Part shown: one piece after another, positions 1 through 12,700 of the stretch | Position numbering within the stretch: the stretch's first letter is position 1 | Layout of the letters: the number at the start of each line of letters is the position of its first letter | Origin: Octopus vulgaris | Taxonomy: Eukaryota | Direction: 5' to 3' | Length of the DNA stretch: 64,000 bases | NCBI GenBank assembly: GCA_951406725.2 | Contig: OX597819.1 | Span: 82,212,001-82,276,000 of the forward strand | Position numbers and translations under genes: made by a program | Notes under the pieces: model-generated | What the model was told of the DNA's origin: nothing | Database searches by the model: none | The model's input: only the letters and a program-made list of their open reading frames with translations

Positions 1-1160
1 ATATTTACCATCAAACCACGTTCTGGGACAATGGTTCCCAACCGATTTTTAGCCATGCCCTACCAAATCATTTCTAAAGTCCTGATGCCCCCCCCCCCCC
101 ATGTAATATTTAATTTTTGTTATTCAAAATTTAGTTAATGTTCACAATATTACCCGGAAACAAATATTTTTTTTTAATAGTGCAACGGATGTATAAAAAC
201 GTTTAAGAAACGAATATGAAAAAAAATGCGCGGAAAGCAACGAAGGCGGGGAGGACTTTGAAAAATTCACACGATCCGAGTTTTCTCCACATAACTTAAA
301 AAATTTTTTTTTAATGAAATTTTATGTAAATGCCTTTTATCCAGCATAGATTACGATTATAAAGATATTTGTAGGAAAATCTTTTCCGAGGTGTGGGGAG
401 AAGACTTCGGAAAATTCAGAAGATCCGACATTTTCGCTCATAACTTGTGACAGTTTATCGTGGATAAATCCAAATTTTAAATACTCCTCTGAATATTGAC
501 GAACTTTTTTTTATTTGCACTACTCATTTTATGTAGTTTTGAATCGGCATAACTACAGATTTTTACGCCCCCGACTGTGGATGATCATTACTTTCAGAAA
601 AATGAATATTTTTAATGGAATTGTCTACAAATAGGTGTTATATCAAGTAGATTCCGAATATACAAAATTTGGGGAGGGAGTATTTTAGGAAAGGTTGGGG
701 TTGGGAATTTCAGAAAATGCACCGGGGCCCACCTCAATTCGTCTTAACATTCAAGAAAATGGATATTTTTTAATGAAATTCTCTACAAATATACCGCGGA
801 CTATGTAGATTCAGAGGACCTTGGAATTTGGTGGGAAACCAATTGGGGACTATTTTTAAGAACTGTTCCCCACTCGCAAGTGTTTCTGAACCAGTCATCT
901 ATATTTTCCCCCCAAATTCCTATGTTTTCGGAATCTACATAGTCCGAGGTCTGTAGTCATGCCTGTGCATCAAACACGAAGAGATTTCAGTTCAAGCAAA
1001 TTTTTTCAACAATTTCTTCAAAAATATTTCAGTATAAACTTTCCAAAAATATTCTCAAAAAGGGACAAAAAATATTCCGTGAATCATCTCAGCTCCAAAA
1101 GCGTTTGTATCAATGATGGAAGTTTTTTCTTACCTTTTTGCTGAATTCACAAACTGACTG
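1..1160. mobile_element. Non-autonomous DNA-element-like repeat with degenerate internal subrepeats (class unresolved, truncated by window edge)
   Basis: Recurrent blocks: GGGGAG..GACTT.G.AAAATTCA...GATCCGA..TTT....CATAACTT at ~248-298 and ~395-446; TTTTAATG(A/G)AATT.T.T..AAAT at ~308, ~610, ~767; GGACTATGTAGATTC (~798-812) inverted at ~932-946. No coding capacity. Confidence 0.4.
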
Positions 1161-1206
1161 GTGGGAATAAAATGACCTGTTAATTTTCATCTCTGTTCAT
1201 ATATAT

Positions 1207-1248
<42 letters not shown>

Positions 1249-1622
1249 TACCACTACCATAAATCTCTTTCTCCCTCTCTCTCTCTTTATATATCTATCT
1301 ATCTATCTGTCTGTCTCCCTCTCTCTCCTCTCTTTTTCTCTCTCTTTCTGCCTCTTTCTCTTCCTTCACTGACTTCCACTCCATTTCAACCCATTTCACA
1401 CCGTTCAGTTCTTTTACCCCTCACCCCTAACGCCATTTATTGGCCTATCAACAAACTGCAGCACCACATTTTTCTTGTGTTCCTAGATTTTTTTATCGCC
1501 AGAGATAAAAGAGTCAATACTTTTAGACACACCCGTTCACATAGGTCTGTCTCCAGTTTATTTTTCCATGGAAATTAAGATGGTATTGCTTTCAGTACTG
1601 ACCAGTACTATACTACATACAT

Positions 1623-1677
<55 letters not shown>

Positions 1678-1915
1678 TATACACACACCACACACGCACA
1701 TGCGCGTTTGCAATTACCTACATGTTTTCACATACCACTAAATCGAAGGAAATAATCTATTCCTTCTTAGGTAACATCAGATCTTATGAATAAGATTAAA
1801 ACGACCTATTGTCTCTATAGTGTCCAAAATTTGATAAAATAGTCCACAGAAGGGACGACATTTTTTTTTAATAACTCATTCCTGAATTGTCTCCTTTCTC
1901 TATTGGTATACTAAA

Positions 1916-2095
1916 TTTCGTCTGCCGTTACGTTCTGAGTTCAAATTCCGCCGAGGTTGACTTTGCCTTTCATCCTTTCGGGGTCGATAAATTAAGTACC
2001 AGTTACGCACTGGGGTCGATGTAATCGACTTAATCCGTTTGTCTGTCCTTGTTTGTCCCCTCTGTGTTTAGCCCCTTGTGGGTAGTAAAGAAATA
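1916..2095 (+). mobile_element. SINE family B, 5'-truncated, with 11-bp target-site duplication
   Basis: GTTCTGAGTTCAAATTCCGCCGAGG (B-box-like) ... GGGGTCGATGTAATCGACTT ... AAAGAAATA; GGTATACTAAA duplicated at 1905-1915 and 2096-2106; same family recurs many times in the window. Confidence 0.85.
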
Positions 2096-2249
2096 GGTAT
2101 ACTAAACATTGTGTACAAACGGTATAAAAATTCAGCATAACCCTACGCTTGCCTCACCAAAATATTACCGTACCTCACCGGTGGGGCATGCACCCCACGT
2201 TGGGAATCACGTTTCTAGAAGATTTCGTGGATAATTCTTTTCAGAACAT

Positions 2250-2480
2250 TTTCATAAGCCTTTAAGAAGCCTGTTCGAACTGTTAGAAATAGTAATCAAA
2301 TTTACTTTAAATTATTGTCTACCGTATTAAAATACAGCAGGCACCCATGTGATCACTGAACACTAAACACACTAACTGGAAAAAGAAAAGAAAAAAGCAA
2401 AAAGGCTTAAGATGTTCAAGGATTGAACGATTTTGATCATGGTTTCTCTTGATCAGAGCTGACCGGAAACTAAACCATGT
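2250..2480 (+). repeat. Interspersed repeat family E (degenerate retroposon 3' segment)
   Basis: ...TTAGAAATAGTAATCAAAT...TTTGATCATGG...GATCAGAGCTGACC...CTAAAC; related copies at ~43720-43930 (-), ~45070-45245 (+), ~62440-62560 (-). Confidence 0.45.
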
Positions 2481-3977
2481 CTTTTTTTCTGTACAATACT
2501 GGCTTTATAGCAAGACCAAAGAAGTCGGCTTAAGGAGCCGGAATAATGAGTTATAATTTATATGAACGACAGCGTTGTTACAATCTGTGTAACTATTTAA
2601 TTTTATTAATCTCTTTTCTGAAATTTCTAATGCTCCTTTGATGCTATTTGTTTCAGTAATTACTACACCACCAGCCTATTATTTTAGTTGAGATGAAAAT
2701 TGTCAGTTGTGTTTCTTCAAACCAATCGTAATTATAAATTAACTCGGATCCCTAATATAAGTTTAATGTATTTGGATTTCAGGAAAGAAGAGACCTAAAA
2801 TTTAAAAAGAAATTTAAAAATGAATTCAATTTAAATACTATGGTGATAAAAGAGACGATTTAAGACTGTAATGAATGTGGTGATGATAAAATAAATGACT
2901 GATTAAGTGATCTGAATCCATTATTAATTGAATAAGCGATTAATTTAGATTTGAATAACGCCAGTTATTTAAATCTTAAGTGGTAACTGGTTTCGTCAAA
3001 TCTAACTTCTAGCATTAAATGAATAAATTCGTAAAGATTATCATGTTCTCTTAAAATAATCTGAACGTTCAATAGATAGGTGTTTAATTATAACTACAAA
3101 AGTCAATGTTTATTACATTTTACATTTTATTTTCCTTCTTGTATTGTCATCAAGCGATTGAGCTCAATAGTTTCGCAATTTTTTTTCACAGTCACTGAAC
3201 GTAAAATATATCAAGCGAAAAGAAGGAAATGATTGAATGCTATAAAAGAATAAAATTGATGAAGGAAACATGTTTTGCAAAAAAAAATACAACTTTATTC
3301 TATAACAAATTGCTATATCCAAATTATCTTTGTTTTCTAATCATTCATGGTTGTTAATATTCTGTATGTTATAACGGGAATATTTGTAGCCTTATGGGTA
3401 TAATAAAGTGAGCTCTGTCTCATAGAATCAAGAAACAAATTATTCTGCTGCGTAATATTGCATTAATCCTAGTTATGAAATAATAGACCGACAGCTGCTA
3501 TGATTGAAAAAGTGTATTTCAGAGTATGTGCGTCATGAATGGATAGTATATGTATAAATATTAATATATTTCAGCTAAGATCGTTTATAGTATCATCAAG
3601 CAAATTAAGCAAAAGATAATTAAATTCTCATATTTCCTGTATTCAATACCAAGATTTATCATTGAATAAGCCTATTATATGCAATTATTGGCAATCTGGA
3701 ACTTGATTCAAATTCAATGAAAGCTTAGTTGGATCCATAAGTTCTGGATATCTAAAAATTCTCATAGCTAGACAATATTCTCGCTGGTTATTGAGAATAC
3801 TTCAGTCACAAAGGTCACTTGTTATGCAGTTACAGTTTAAACTAAAAGTGAGTTTCCGAATCGAAGTAGTTCTGGAACTGAAAATAATGCTATTTTTATT
3901 GCTGTAATTGTTCAAAACTTCCTGGAAATTATTTTGTGTACTAAATACTAACGAATATCTGTTTTTACCATTTTCAT

Positions 3978-4077
3978 TGTATGTATGTATGTATGTATGT
4001 ATGTATGTATGTATGTATGTATGTATGTATGTATGTATGTATGTATGTATGTATGTATGTATGCATGTATGTATGTA
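3978..4077. repeat. (ATGT)n microsatellite
   Basis: Direct reading of the tandem tetranucleotide. Confidence 0.95.
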
Positions 4078-4189
4078 TAGATGGATTTATAATCCAAAAT
4101 GTGTCCTCGTGAAGCACGCTTGCACATTCCAGTAATCAAATTATATATTTAGTTATTTTTAATGAAAGTCATATATAATGCTGAATCGC

Positions 4190-4312
4190 TACTTATTTTA
4201 TTGACTTTGAAAGGATGAAACACAAAGTCAGTCTCGACAGAATTTGAACCCAGAACGTAAAGATGGAGGAAATGCTGCTAAGTATTTTTCCCGCCGTGGT
4301 AACGATTCTGCC
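4190..4312 (-). mobile_element. SINE family B fragment
   Basis: TACTTATTTTATTGAC...GAAAGGATGAAA...AGAATTTGAACCCAGAACGT...AACGATTCTGCCA is the reverse complement of the family B head and body. Confidence 0.75.
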
Positions 4313-4364
4313 ACACAACACCATCTTGATAACAACAATAGTAATAGTAATAATGATTATTACA

Positions 4365-4369
<5 letters not shown>

Positions 4370-4460
<91 letters not shown>
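4370..4460. repeat. (AAT)n microsatellite directly 5' of a Dong/R4-type LINE fragment
   Basis: Direct reading. Confidence 0.95.
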
Positions 4461-5182
4461 GACCAGATATTGAATACCAACTCAGTGAAAAAGAATATAT
4501 ACCACACAAGTGCAAATATGTGTGGGAAGAGGGTCGAAGGCGTAACTTACATTGTTAGAGCTTGTGAAAGTCTTGCGCAGAAAGAGTACAAGCGTAGAAA
4601 CGACAAGGTAGCCCAAAACATCCACCGGCTACTATGCCGTAAGTATGGACTTGAGGTTAAGAGTGCTTGATACCAACATACACCGGAAAAGATAATGGAC
4701 GAAAAGGGGGTGGGCAAAAGTCCTCTGGAACTTTGACTTCCAAACAGAGAAAGTATTAGAGCTCCGAAAGCCGGATATAGTAACCTTTAGGAGGGACAAA
4801 CACGAGAGCCTAATAATTGACGTGACAGTGTCAGGAGATCAACATATCATCAGGAAAGAAAGAGAAAAAGTTGATAAATATGGAGACTTGAGAATTGAGA
4901 TCGCTAAGAAATGGCAGCTACGAGAGTGAAACATAAAGATTATCCCTATTGTCATCGGAGCATTGGGTTCAGTACCACCCAATCTGCATAATCATCTGAA
5001 AACTTTAGAAATACCCTACGATCTAGGTGTATTGCAAAAGTCGTCATTACTTGGAACTGCAGGCATATTGCGTAAAGTACTGTCTGAGGTACTTGTTGTG
5101 ACTTGACAAACAGTACAACCTCCCGGAAGACACAACATCTTCAATCAGCAACCTCACCATATTGTATAGTGTGCGATGTCTA
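4461..5182 (+). mobile_element. 5'-truncated R4/Dong-clade non-LTR retrotransposon: CCHC finger + restriction-like endonuclease (RLE) domain, inactivated
   Basis: Translation across frameshifts/stops: C..CGKRVEGVTYIVRACESLAQKEYKRRNDKVA...LWNFDFQTEKVLELRKPDIV...LIIDVTV...EKVDKYGDLRIEI...IIPIVIGALG...LQKSSLLGTAGILRKVL, the RHD / KPD-D-K / PIVIGALG signature of RLE LINEs; followed by (AGT)n. Confidence 0.9.
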
Positions 5183-5206
5183 TAGTAGTAGTAGTAGTAG
5201 TAGTAA

Positions 5207-5243
<37 letters not shown>

Positions 5244-5244
5244 C

Positions 5245-5378
5245 CTTTCTACTATATGCACAAGGCCTGGAATTTGTGGGAGGAGGGGACTTGGTGATTA
5301 CATCGAACCCAGTGCTTCATGAGTACTTAATTTATCGATCCCGAAAGGATGAAAGGCAAAGTCGATCTCGACGGAAGG
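5245..5378 (-). mobile_element. SINE family B fragment followed by (AAG)n/(TA)n
   Basis: CACAAGGCCTGGAATTTG...GATTACATCGAACCCAGTG...GAAAGGATGAAAGGCAAAGTCGATCTCG matches family B antisense. Confidence 0.75.
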
Positions 5379-5382
5379 TTAC

Positions 5383-5413
<31 letters not shown>

Positions 5414-5430
5414 AAGAAGAAGAAGAAGAA

Positions 5431-5483
<53 letters not shown>

Positions 5484-5556
5484 TAGTGCATATCCTATAC
5501 TGTTGTGAAACATGTGTAATATGAAATAAAAATATACAAATTTTCCAGTTTTTTTA

Positions 5557-5557
<1 letters not shown>

Positions 5558-5643
<86 letters not shown>

Positions 5644-5660
5644 CGTGCGTGCGTGTATGT
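5558..5660. repeat. (GT)n microsatellite
   Basis: Direct reading. Many similar (GT)n, (CA)n, (TA)n and (ACAT)n arrays occur throughout and are not all listed. Confidence 0.95.
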
Positions 5661-7929
5661 GTGTTTGGTAATACTCTCTAAAACTCATGATGCTCATTCT
5701 GGTATTCAGAATGTAAAAGTAGCTTTGCATTTCCCTAAATACATCACAAATGATGAGCATAAATTTAATACTTAAGAATTCGATTCGGTTATGCAAGTTC
5801 TTCATTTTATTGATATTTTGTCTTTTCACAGGCATTAAATTATACAACCAATTACATAAAATATTGCTTAACGCCGGTTCTAGATGCTGGATCGGCTGAC
5901 TGTAATTATTCTTCTTTTCAACGGCTTTCGTGTAGCATTCAAATTAGAAGAGGAGACGTGCAAAAGTATAAATTATGTTTCCAAGTGATTGATGTTCTAA
6001 TTTCAATATCCCTATAATATTAAGTTTCCAGAGGTGTAGATTTATACAACTTAATTGGTATTTTGCCCACTTACACCAGAACAAGACTTCCAGCCCGTAG
6101 TGTTAGTAAAACATTCGTGCTATGATGTTATATTATACTCCATTGATTACATTATATTTCATTGACTCAATAAACAGCTATTAACACAACATAAAGGCCT
6201 TGAATCATGACTATAATATAGTATGTAGATAACTGTAGGCTGTTGACGATGACGGCATACTCTGTAAAGGTCATTATGATATACTGATCATTCTTACGAA
6301 ATTATGTAACACTATGATGTAAACTTCTATGTATTGACATTTCTTGATTAGAAACATATTTCTCAAGACATACCAATTATTTCCTCATCATCCCATTTGT
6401 AGTACGGTTTTCTCTTTGTTTCACTGTTATATAAAATGTCCTTAATTTGATTATTTTTTACAAATTAACTTCCAAAATTATTTGCTTCAAACAGAAATTG
6501 TGTCCCCATGACACTCGATGACATCTATGCTAATTGTCTAAGTAATAGTTTTCAAAATGTATCGTTGATGGAAGTTTTTACACCTGTTTATGAATAATTC
6601 ATCTCAAATCATCACTCAAATATAGTATTCCAAATACTTATACCCCAACTCACCCAGTGTCTGTTAAAAGTTTATTTTCTCTTGAATAGATTTTCCACAC
6701 ATCCAGGGACATACTTAGACTTAAGCTAAACATTCTACAATATGCAGGTCAATAGGAGTCTCTCAAAATCTTCTAATTCCTTTCATTCATTACAATTTAT
6801 ATTTTAGTAATGGCTTAAACCAATTAGCTTATAATTAAGATTAGAAAATTAGGAAATATTATTTACACAACTTTGAATGGTTTAGCTGTTTTGTAATTAT
6901 GCTAATTATCGATTCTTATTAGATTTAATATTCTTGATTTCGTTACTTTGGCCAGAATTAGTATGTTTACCATGGGGACACTTGTTCTATGTTACTTGGA
7001 AATAGGTTTTCAATTTTATTATTTTACCATACAATTAACAGTATTTAAAGTTCACAGGAGTAACTTTTCCCCCACTACAGCCCGCACAGTTTGTTATGTA
7101 TCTTGGTCACATTCTGTGCAAGTTGGGCTGTTTCCCAGCCTCATTTCTATTAAAAGCTATCAGATATAACCTACACAAAATTCTATTGGGTAAGGCATTA
7201 CCATGTCTATATACGGCCTTATACATTATCCAAGTTATTTTTATTTTCTTTGTCTGAGACATGAATGATATAAAATCTTTTGATAGTCGTTCTTCTGTCA
7301 GGTATGTAGTCCACCCATGATTTATTGTTCAAATGAATATTTATCTTGGCTAAATTATGTTCTGTTGTCACGTGATTGTATTGCTTTTAGGTCAAGATTC
7401 TTTTAAAGTGACTGGCATAGATTGTCTTATCACTAACAAAATAATTTGGGACAGGGCAATAATATAATTTGCGATCGTGGCTCCGAGGATGTATTCATTC
7501 AATATATTAAGACAAATAATCATAGACGTTGGAGAGAAATAAACGACCGAATATAAAATATTCTCAGCAGCGATTGCTTTGCTTTCTTATCAAAGGAAAG
7601 TATTTGCTCTCATTTTTTATAAGGAAGGAAGCAACATTTAATGGGTAACCTACAAATGATGCAGGTTGTAAATCGTTTTGTAGTTGATACTGTTGTAGAA
7701 TGTTTGTACGTCGATACAAAAGTAACCGTTGCATTTGCTGTTGTTTGCTTGTTCACCATATACTGAGAATGATTCTGAGCTAGTTTCTGTATAATTTGGT
7801 GCGCAAAATTAATCTGAAAACTGTTCAAACCTTTCTGTTTTTAGAACTTTCTCTGTTCATGCCGAAATCAACAAGAAATAACAACAAATTTTTTCACTCT
7901 TGGTTTTAAATACACATATCTTATAACTT

Positions 7930-8135
7930 TTGTCTCAGTGATTGGACTGCGACCATACTGGGGGACCTCCTTGAAGGGTTTAGTTAAACAAATCGCGCCG
8001 AAGACTTATTTTTAGGTGTAGTACTTATTCCATTGGTCTCCTTTGCTGGACAACTTAGCTACGGGAGCGGAAACAAACCAACACCGAATGTCCAGTGATG
8101 GTGCGGTACAAACATAAATACAAAGACACACACAC
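7930..8135 (-). mobile_element. SINE family A, 3' half
   Basis: TCAGTGATTGGACTGCGACCATACTGGGG...GTACTTATTCCATTGGTCTC...AAACCAACACCG is antisense to the 3' half of the full copy at 37751-38180. Confidence 0.7.
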
Positions 8136-8269
8136 ATACATACATACATACATACATACATACATACATACATACATGCATACATACATACATGCATACA
8201 TGCATACATACATACATACATACATACATACATACATACATACATACATACATACATACATACATGTGG

Positions 8270-10335
8270 GAGCATAGAGGGAACCTAGTTTCAATGTGGA
8301 TAGACTACAAGAAGGCCTTTAACTCTGTCCCCCACTTATGAACGTTAGAAGCCTTTCGACTTGCTAAAGTTCTAGTGAGCATAGCTGACCTGATTTCATC
8401 GTGGGCCACCATCTTGAAGTTAAATACAAGAAGTGATTGTATTATCACTGATAGAATAAAGTATCGCAGAGGTATATTCCAAGTGGAAAGCCTCTCTGTG
8501 ATGGTGTTTATACTTTCTGAAAATTCCTTGTCATTCACATTAAGGAAACCTGGAGGGTGTCTTACTGAATCAAAAGGAAACAGAACTACAAACATTTCTC
8601 CATAGATGACTTGAAACTATAGGCCAAGAATATGCATGAGATGAAAAAGAGTTTTGACCTGGTTACAGCATTCTCAAAGGATATAGGATTGGAGTTTGAT
8701 TAGGATAAATGTTGCTATATGGTTGTGAAAAGTAGGAAAACTGTAAACCAGACCAGCAGCATCTCCATCAATGACTTAACTGTTTCCCATATATCCGATG
8801 AGGAAAGTTACAGGTACCTAGAGGTGGATGAAAACATATCTTTCGGTCACTTAAGAATATTACAGCCGAATGAAGAAAATATGGACTTCGGAATTCTTTG
8901 CATTCAATAAAACAGTGGCTGACAATGTCTTTGCAGTGCAAGTACTCATGCCAATATTTAGGCTACTTGATAGGACATTTGATGGGATCCGAGCCATTGA
9001 TGTGAAAACCTGGAAGATATTAACTAGCAGACATAATTTCTACATCAACACCAACGTAGATAGCCTCTACCTAAAACAAAAAGAAGGTGAAAGAAGCTGA
9101 ACATCGATCCAACTGCCTTTGAATATCGTATCATATCCCTTCAGCAACATCATCAAAACTACCAAGTGTCGAAGTGCATCCCTTGACAAAGTTTGGACAC
9201 ATGAGGCTGATAACATCATGAGACTTGGAAAGCAGCTCCTTGAGCAGCATTCCTTGTCGGATAACCTTAAATACGACTCTACCGCAACGTATCATCAGAT
9301 GAAAGAATGAGCGTAAATCAACAGAAGACCATGCATAGATATGTTAGTAGAAAGCTCCGGGATGATAATAACGTAGATCATCAAATTAATCTATCATGGA
9401 CCAACAACCGGATAACTAACTCCCACTTTGAAGAGTATGCGTTTGCAATCCAGGAACAAAAAAATTTCAACCAAATATTTGACACTCAAAAGGACAGAGA
9501 CGCAGAAAAAAACAGACTTTGTGAAGTTAACACCAAAGATATCACCCACATCATAAGCAGTTGTACGAATATGCATGACGTTATTATCTACCGATGAGAT
9601 ATAATGTCGTATCTAAGGCACTGTGTAATAAAATCCGTCGGAAGAATAACCCCGAGAACAGAAAAATAAGAACCAACAGTATGGTAGAAGCTATAGCGAC
9701 TCATAATAAGGAGTACTGGTGGAATGCCCCAGTGAAAACCTCAATAAGATGTAAACATAATAGACCTGACATAGTGATTTGGGATAGAGAAGAGAAACTG
9801 TACACAGTTGTGGAAATTAGCTACCCAGCGGATATTAACTTAAAGCTAAAGATCAGCGAGTAAGAAAATACGTACGCTGTACTATTAAGAAATCTACAGT
9901 CATTCTATACAGATAACAAGTTCAGATTTATACCGGTAATTATCGGAGCACTGGGATATGTAACTCACTGCCCAAGTACCAATCTAGAGAAATTAGGCTT
10001 CTCGAAAACAAAAAGGAGAAAGCTGATTTGAAGACTACAGATCCAATCCATCACTGGAACTGTAAAAATTCTGTAAAACTTTCCAGAGGTTTTTCATTTA
10101 AGTATATATGAGCATGTCTAGATATACAACTATACGCATGAGCATGCATACATAAAACAAAACATGCAAATCTGCACATGCACTGACTCCACATACTGCA
10201 CATATAAGTACATACATACATGCAAAATACCCTGTTAGTGTTGTTGAAATTCCACTGAAGGTTCCTTGGATCTGGGTTAGAAACCAGCTCTTTCTCTATT
10301 GACAAGAAATCTTGAAATAAAATTGAATAATGATA
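8270..10335 (+). mobile_element. 5'-truncated R4/Dong-like non-LTR retrotransposon (RT + RLE), pseudogenised
   Basis: Fragmentary ORFs give WIDYKKAFNSVPH, IKYRRGIFQ(G), IDDLKL, SYRYLEVDEN, FEEYAFAIQEQ, RLCEVNTKDITHIISSC, WWNAPVKTSIRCKHNRPDIVIWDREEK, FIPVIIGALG; multiple stops and frameshifts; preceded by (ACAT)n 8135-8265. Confidence 0.9.
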
Positions 10336-10349
10336 TTATGTGTGACTGT

Positions 10350-10502
10350 GTGTACGATAGGCTTCAACACAGTTTCTGCCTACCACATTCACTCATAAGG
10401 CATTGATCAGCTCGGGGCTATAACAAAGATATTTGCCCAAAGTATCAACTGAGGGACTAAACTCCAAACAACTGCTTAAGCAGACAGCTATGTCTGCGCC
10501 TA
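10350..10502 (-). mobile_element. SINE family A, 5' half (degenerate)
   Basis: TACGATAGGCTTC..CAGTTTCTGCCTACCA..TTCACTCATAAGGCATTG...TTGCCCAA...GTCTGCGCCT, antisense to the family A head. Confidence 0.7.
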
Positions 10503-10763
10503 TAAATCATAGATCGTCCAGAAGATTGTAAATGTTATGTTAGCATCTTATACCACTTATCTATATTCTAGTCCTTTTCTTACTTCTTTTCAATTTATTT
10601 TCCTCTCAGCTGCCGTCTTTGGTGTGCTTTGCTGTTGTCGTTAGGGAGCTCTTAAGTAAGAGCACGCACTATGTCAGCGTTGTAATTGTTAATTCGGCCA
10701 AAAAAGGCCCTGGTATTTCTATATCAGAGTTAATGGAATATATCTGTAGTTATAAGATTCTAT

Positions 10764-11003
10764 CGTGGCTTAGTGGTTAAGGTGTTGGACTCATTATCGT
10801 AAGATTGTGCTTTCGATTCCTGGACTGGGCGACACGTTGTGTTCTTGAGCAAAACACTTCACTTCATGTTGGTCCAGTCCAGTCAGCTGGCAAAAATGAG
10901 TAATCCTGCGACGGACTGGGTAAGAGAATATATACGCCAGAAAACCGGGAAATTGGCCCTATGAGACGGTATGACTCGAGAAGGTAACTTTACCTTTACC
11001 TTC
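10764..11003 (+). mobile_element. tRNA-derived SINE family C
   Basis: A-box TGGCTTAGTGG, B-box-like TTCGATTCC, then GTGTTCTTGAGCAAAACACTT core and (TTTACC)n tail. Confidence 0.8.
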
Positions 11004-11823
11004 TATAAGCTTCCATTGAACATTTTAAAAAAATTTATTGTTTTCGAGACAAATTCATAACTATCGTATTCATTTCAATTTTTAAGAAATAGTGTTTTCG
11101 CCGAAACAAATACTATTTTTCCCTGTAACTGCTTAATGTTGAAAATGAATAAACCTACAGAAGGTTTCCAAGTTGTTTTAATTACAAAGGCGCTGAATCT
11201 CAAGAATTTAATGGTTACATCGAAGCACATAAAACTTCGCTCATAAACCCCGGTAAAATGAGTCTTACTTAAAGTAATATGGTTGCTAATGTTAACACCC
11301 TAAGGAAACAACGCGATTGTTAGCGTTTCAACGAGTATTTACTTTATTGGTGATAAGGTTACAGGAAATATTTTTACAAATGTTACTCCAGTATTGTGAA
11401 CAATACATTTCTTATGCATTTATCGAAAGGAGCACTTGGCTTCTCTACTAACATAACAGAAGCAACAAGCAATCTCATTAATCAAAGATATTCATGAAAG
11501 CATGCAAAAGCATTATGAATAATATAAGAGATTAAATATATTCTTGCGTGGGGCAATTTCTTACAATAATTATATAACTAACACACGGGAAATACAAATT
11601 TGACGTTTTCCATTTAACAATAATGAGAAATATTCTTAGAATTAAATTTTATATTTAACGGAATGAGAGAGACGTAAAACAATTGAAATTATATACATTC
11701 ATACAAACATACATGCACATACATAAATACGATGTGCACAACTGTTTATATATATATATATATACGTAAACTTCATGGAAATATAGGTAAAATTACACAC
11801 ACATACATACACACACACACACG

Positions 11824-11879
<56 letters not shown>

Positions 11880-11880
<1 letters not shown>

Positions 11881-12040
11881 CAAAATGGGGCAAGAACGCA
11901 AAACATCCGGACAGTTAGGTGATACAAAAATGGGACAACAAAACATCCAGATAGACGATACAAAGAAAACCAGGACGGGTCATTCGAAGTTTTCTTTCCT
12001 CAGTCAAGTACCATATTATCTTCGCAATTTCGGCAGGTTT
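11880..12040. mobile_element. Non-coding repeat fragment abutting (TA)n, possibly a Penelope-like pseudo-LTR
   Basis: Internal direct repeat ATACAAAA(A)TGGG.CAA.A...AAAACATCC.GA.AG twice; inserted at a TA array like the other pLTR-like pieces; no complete ribozyme core seen. Confidence 0.3.
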
Positions 12041-12145
12041 AGTTCCACTGCGTGGCAACTTGGGCTAGTGTTTTCTACTATAGCCTTGAACCGACTAAAG
12101 CTTTGTAAATGGATTTGATAGACGAAAAGTGAAAGCAGCTGGTCA
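12040..12145 (+). mobile_element. SINE family A fragment
   Basis: CCACTGCGTGGCAACTTGGGC...TCTACTATAGCC...GGATTTGATAGACG.AAA.TGAAAG. Confidence 0.7.
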
Positions 12146-12149
12146 TTTA

Positions 12150-12700
12150 TATATATATACGAATGTTGACTGCAAGCTTCATAGCTTACCAAAATACTCT
12201 CATGGGCCGTGAGTAAATGAGGTTTATTTTTCATGGATCCCATTGGTGAAGAAGCTTTCATATAAAAGTCATCAACAGCAGATATGACGTCATCATCACT
12301 ACGATACTGTTTCCCAAATGATATTCAGATGGACCCAAATTAGGAATACTGGAGTGTGATCAACCAGTCCAAAGCAGTTATGCACAACAGTCCTTGAAAT
12401 CAAGAATTTGTGCGCTGGAGCATTGTCCTGATGAAACAAGACCCCTATTGTCAATTTTCTTGGCCGTTTGGTCTTGATAGCCTTTCGTAACTGTCACAGT
12501 ATATTGGTATAGTACTCTTTATTGATGATGTAGCTTTTGCATCCCATACAACTGAAACCGTTACCTTTTCTGCAAATGAAACGAATTTAACCTTCTTTGG
12601 AGTAGGTGGGGAGAGATGTTTCCACAGCATAGATTGTCTCTGGCTCAAAATGATTGGTCCAGCATTCGCCCTAGCTTAGGAAATGCTCAAGGAAACCATG
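12150..12700 (-). mobile_element. Decayed Tc1/mariner (mariner-type) transposase fragment
   Basis: Minus-strand peptides PKKVKFVSFAEKVTVSVVWDAK (cf. PKK.K...SAGKVMASVFWD..G), HQDNAPAH at ~12410-12433, and a degenerate YSPDLAPSD motif at ~12325-12358. Confidence 0.85.

Noticed and set aside
4193-4558. Poly-Ile / poly-Asn ORFs
   Set aside because: Translations of the (AAT)n array.
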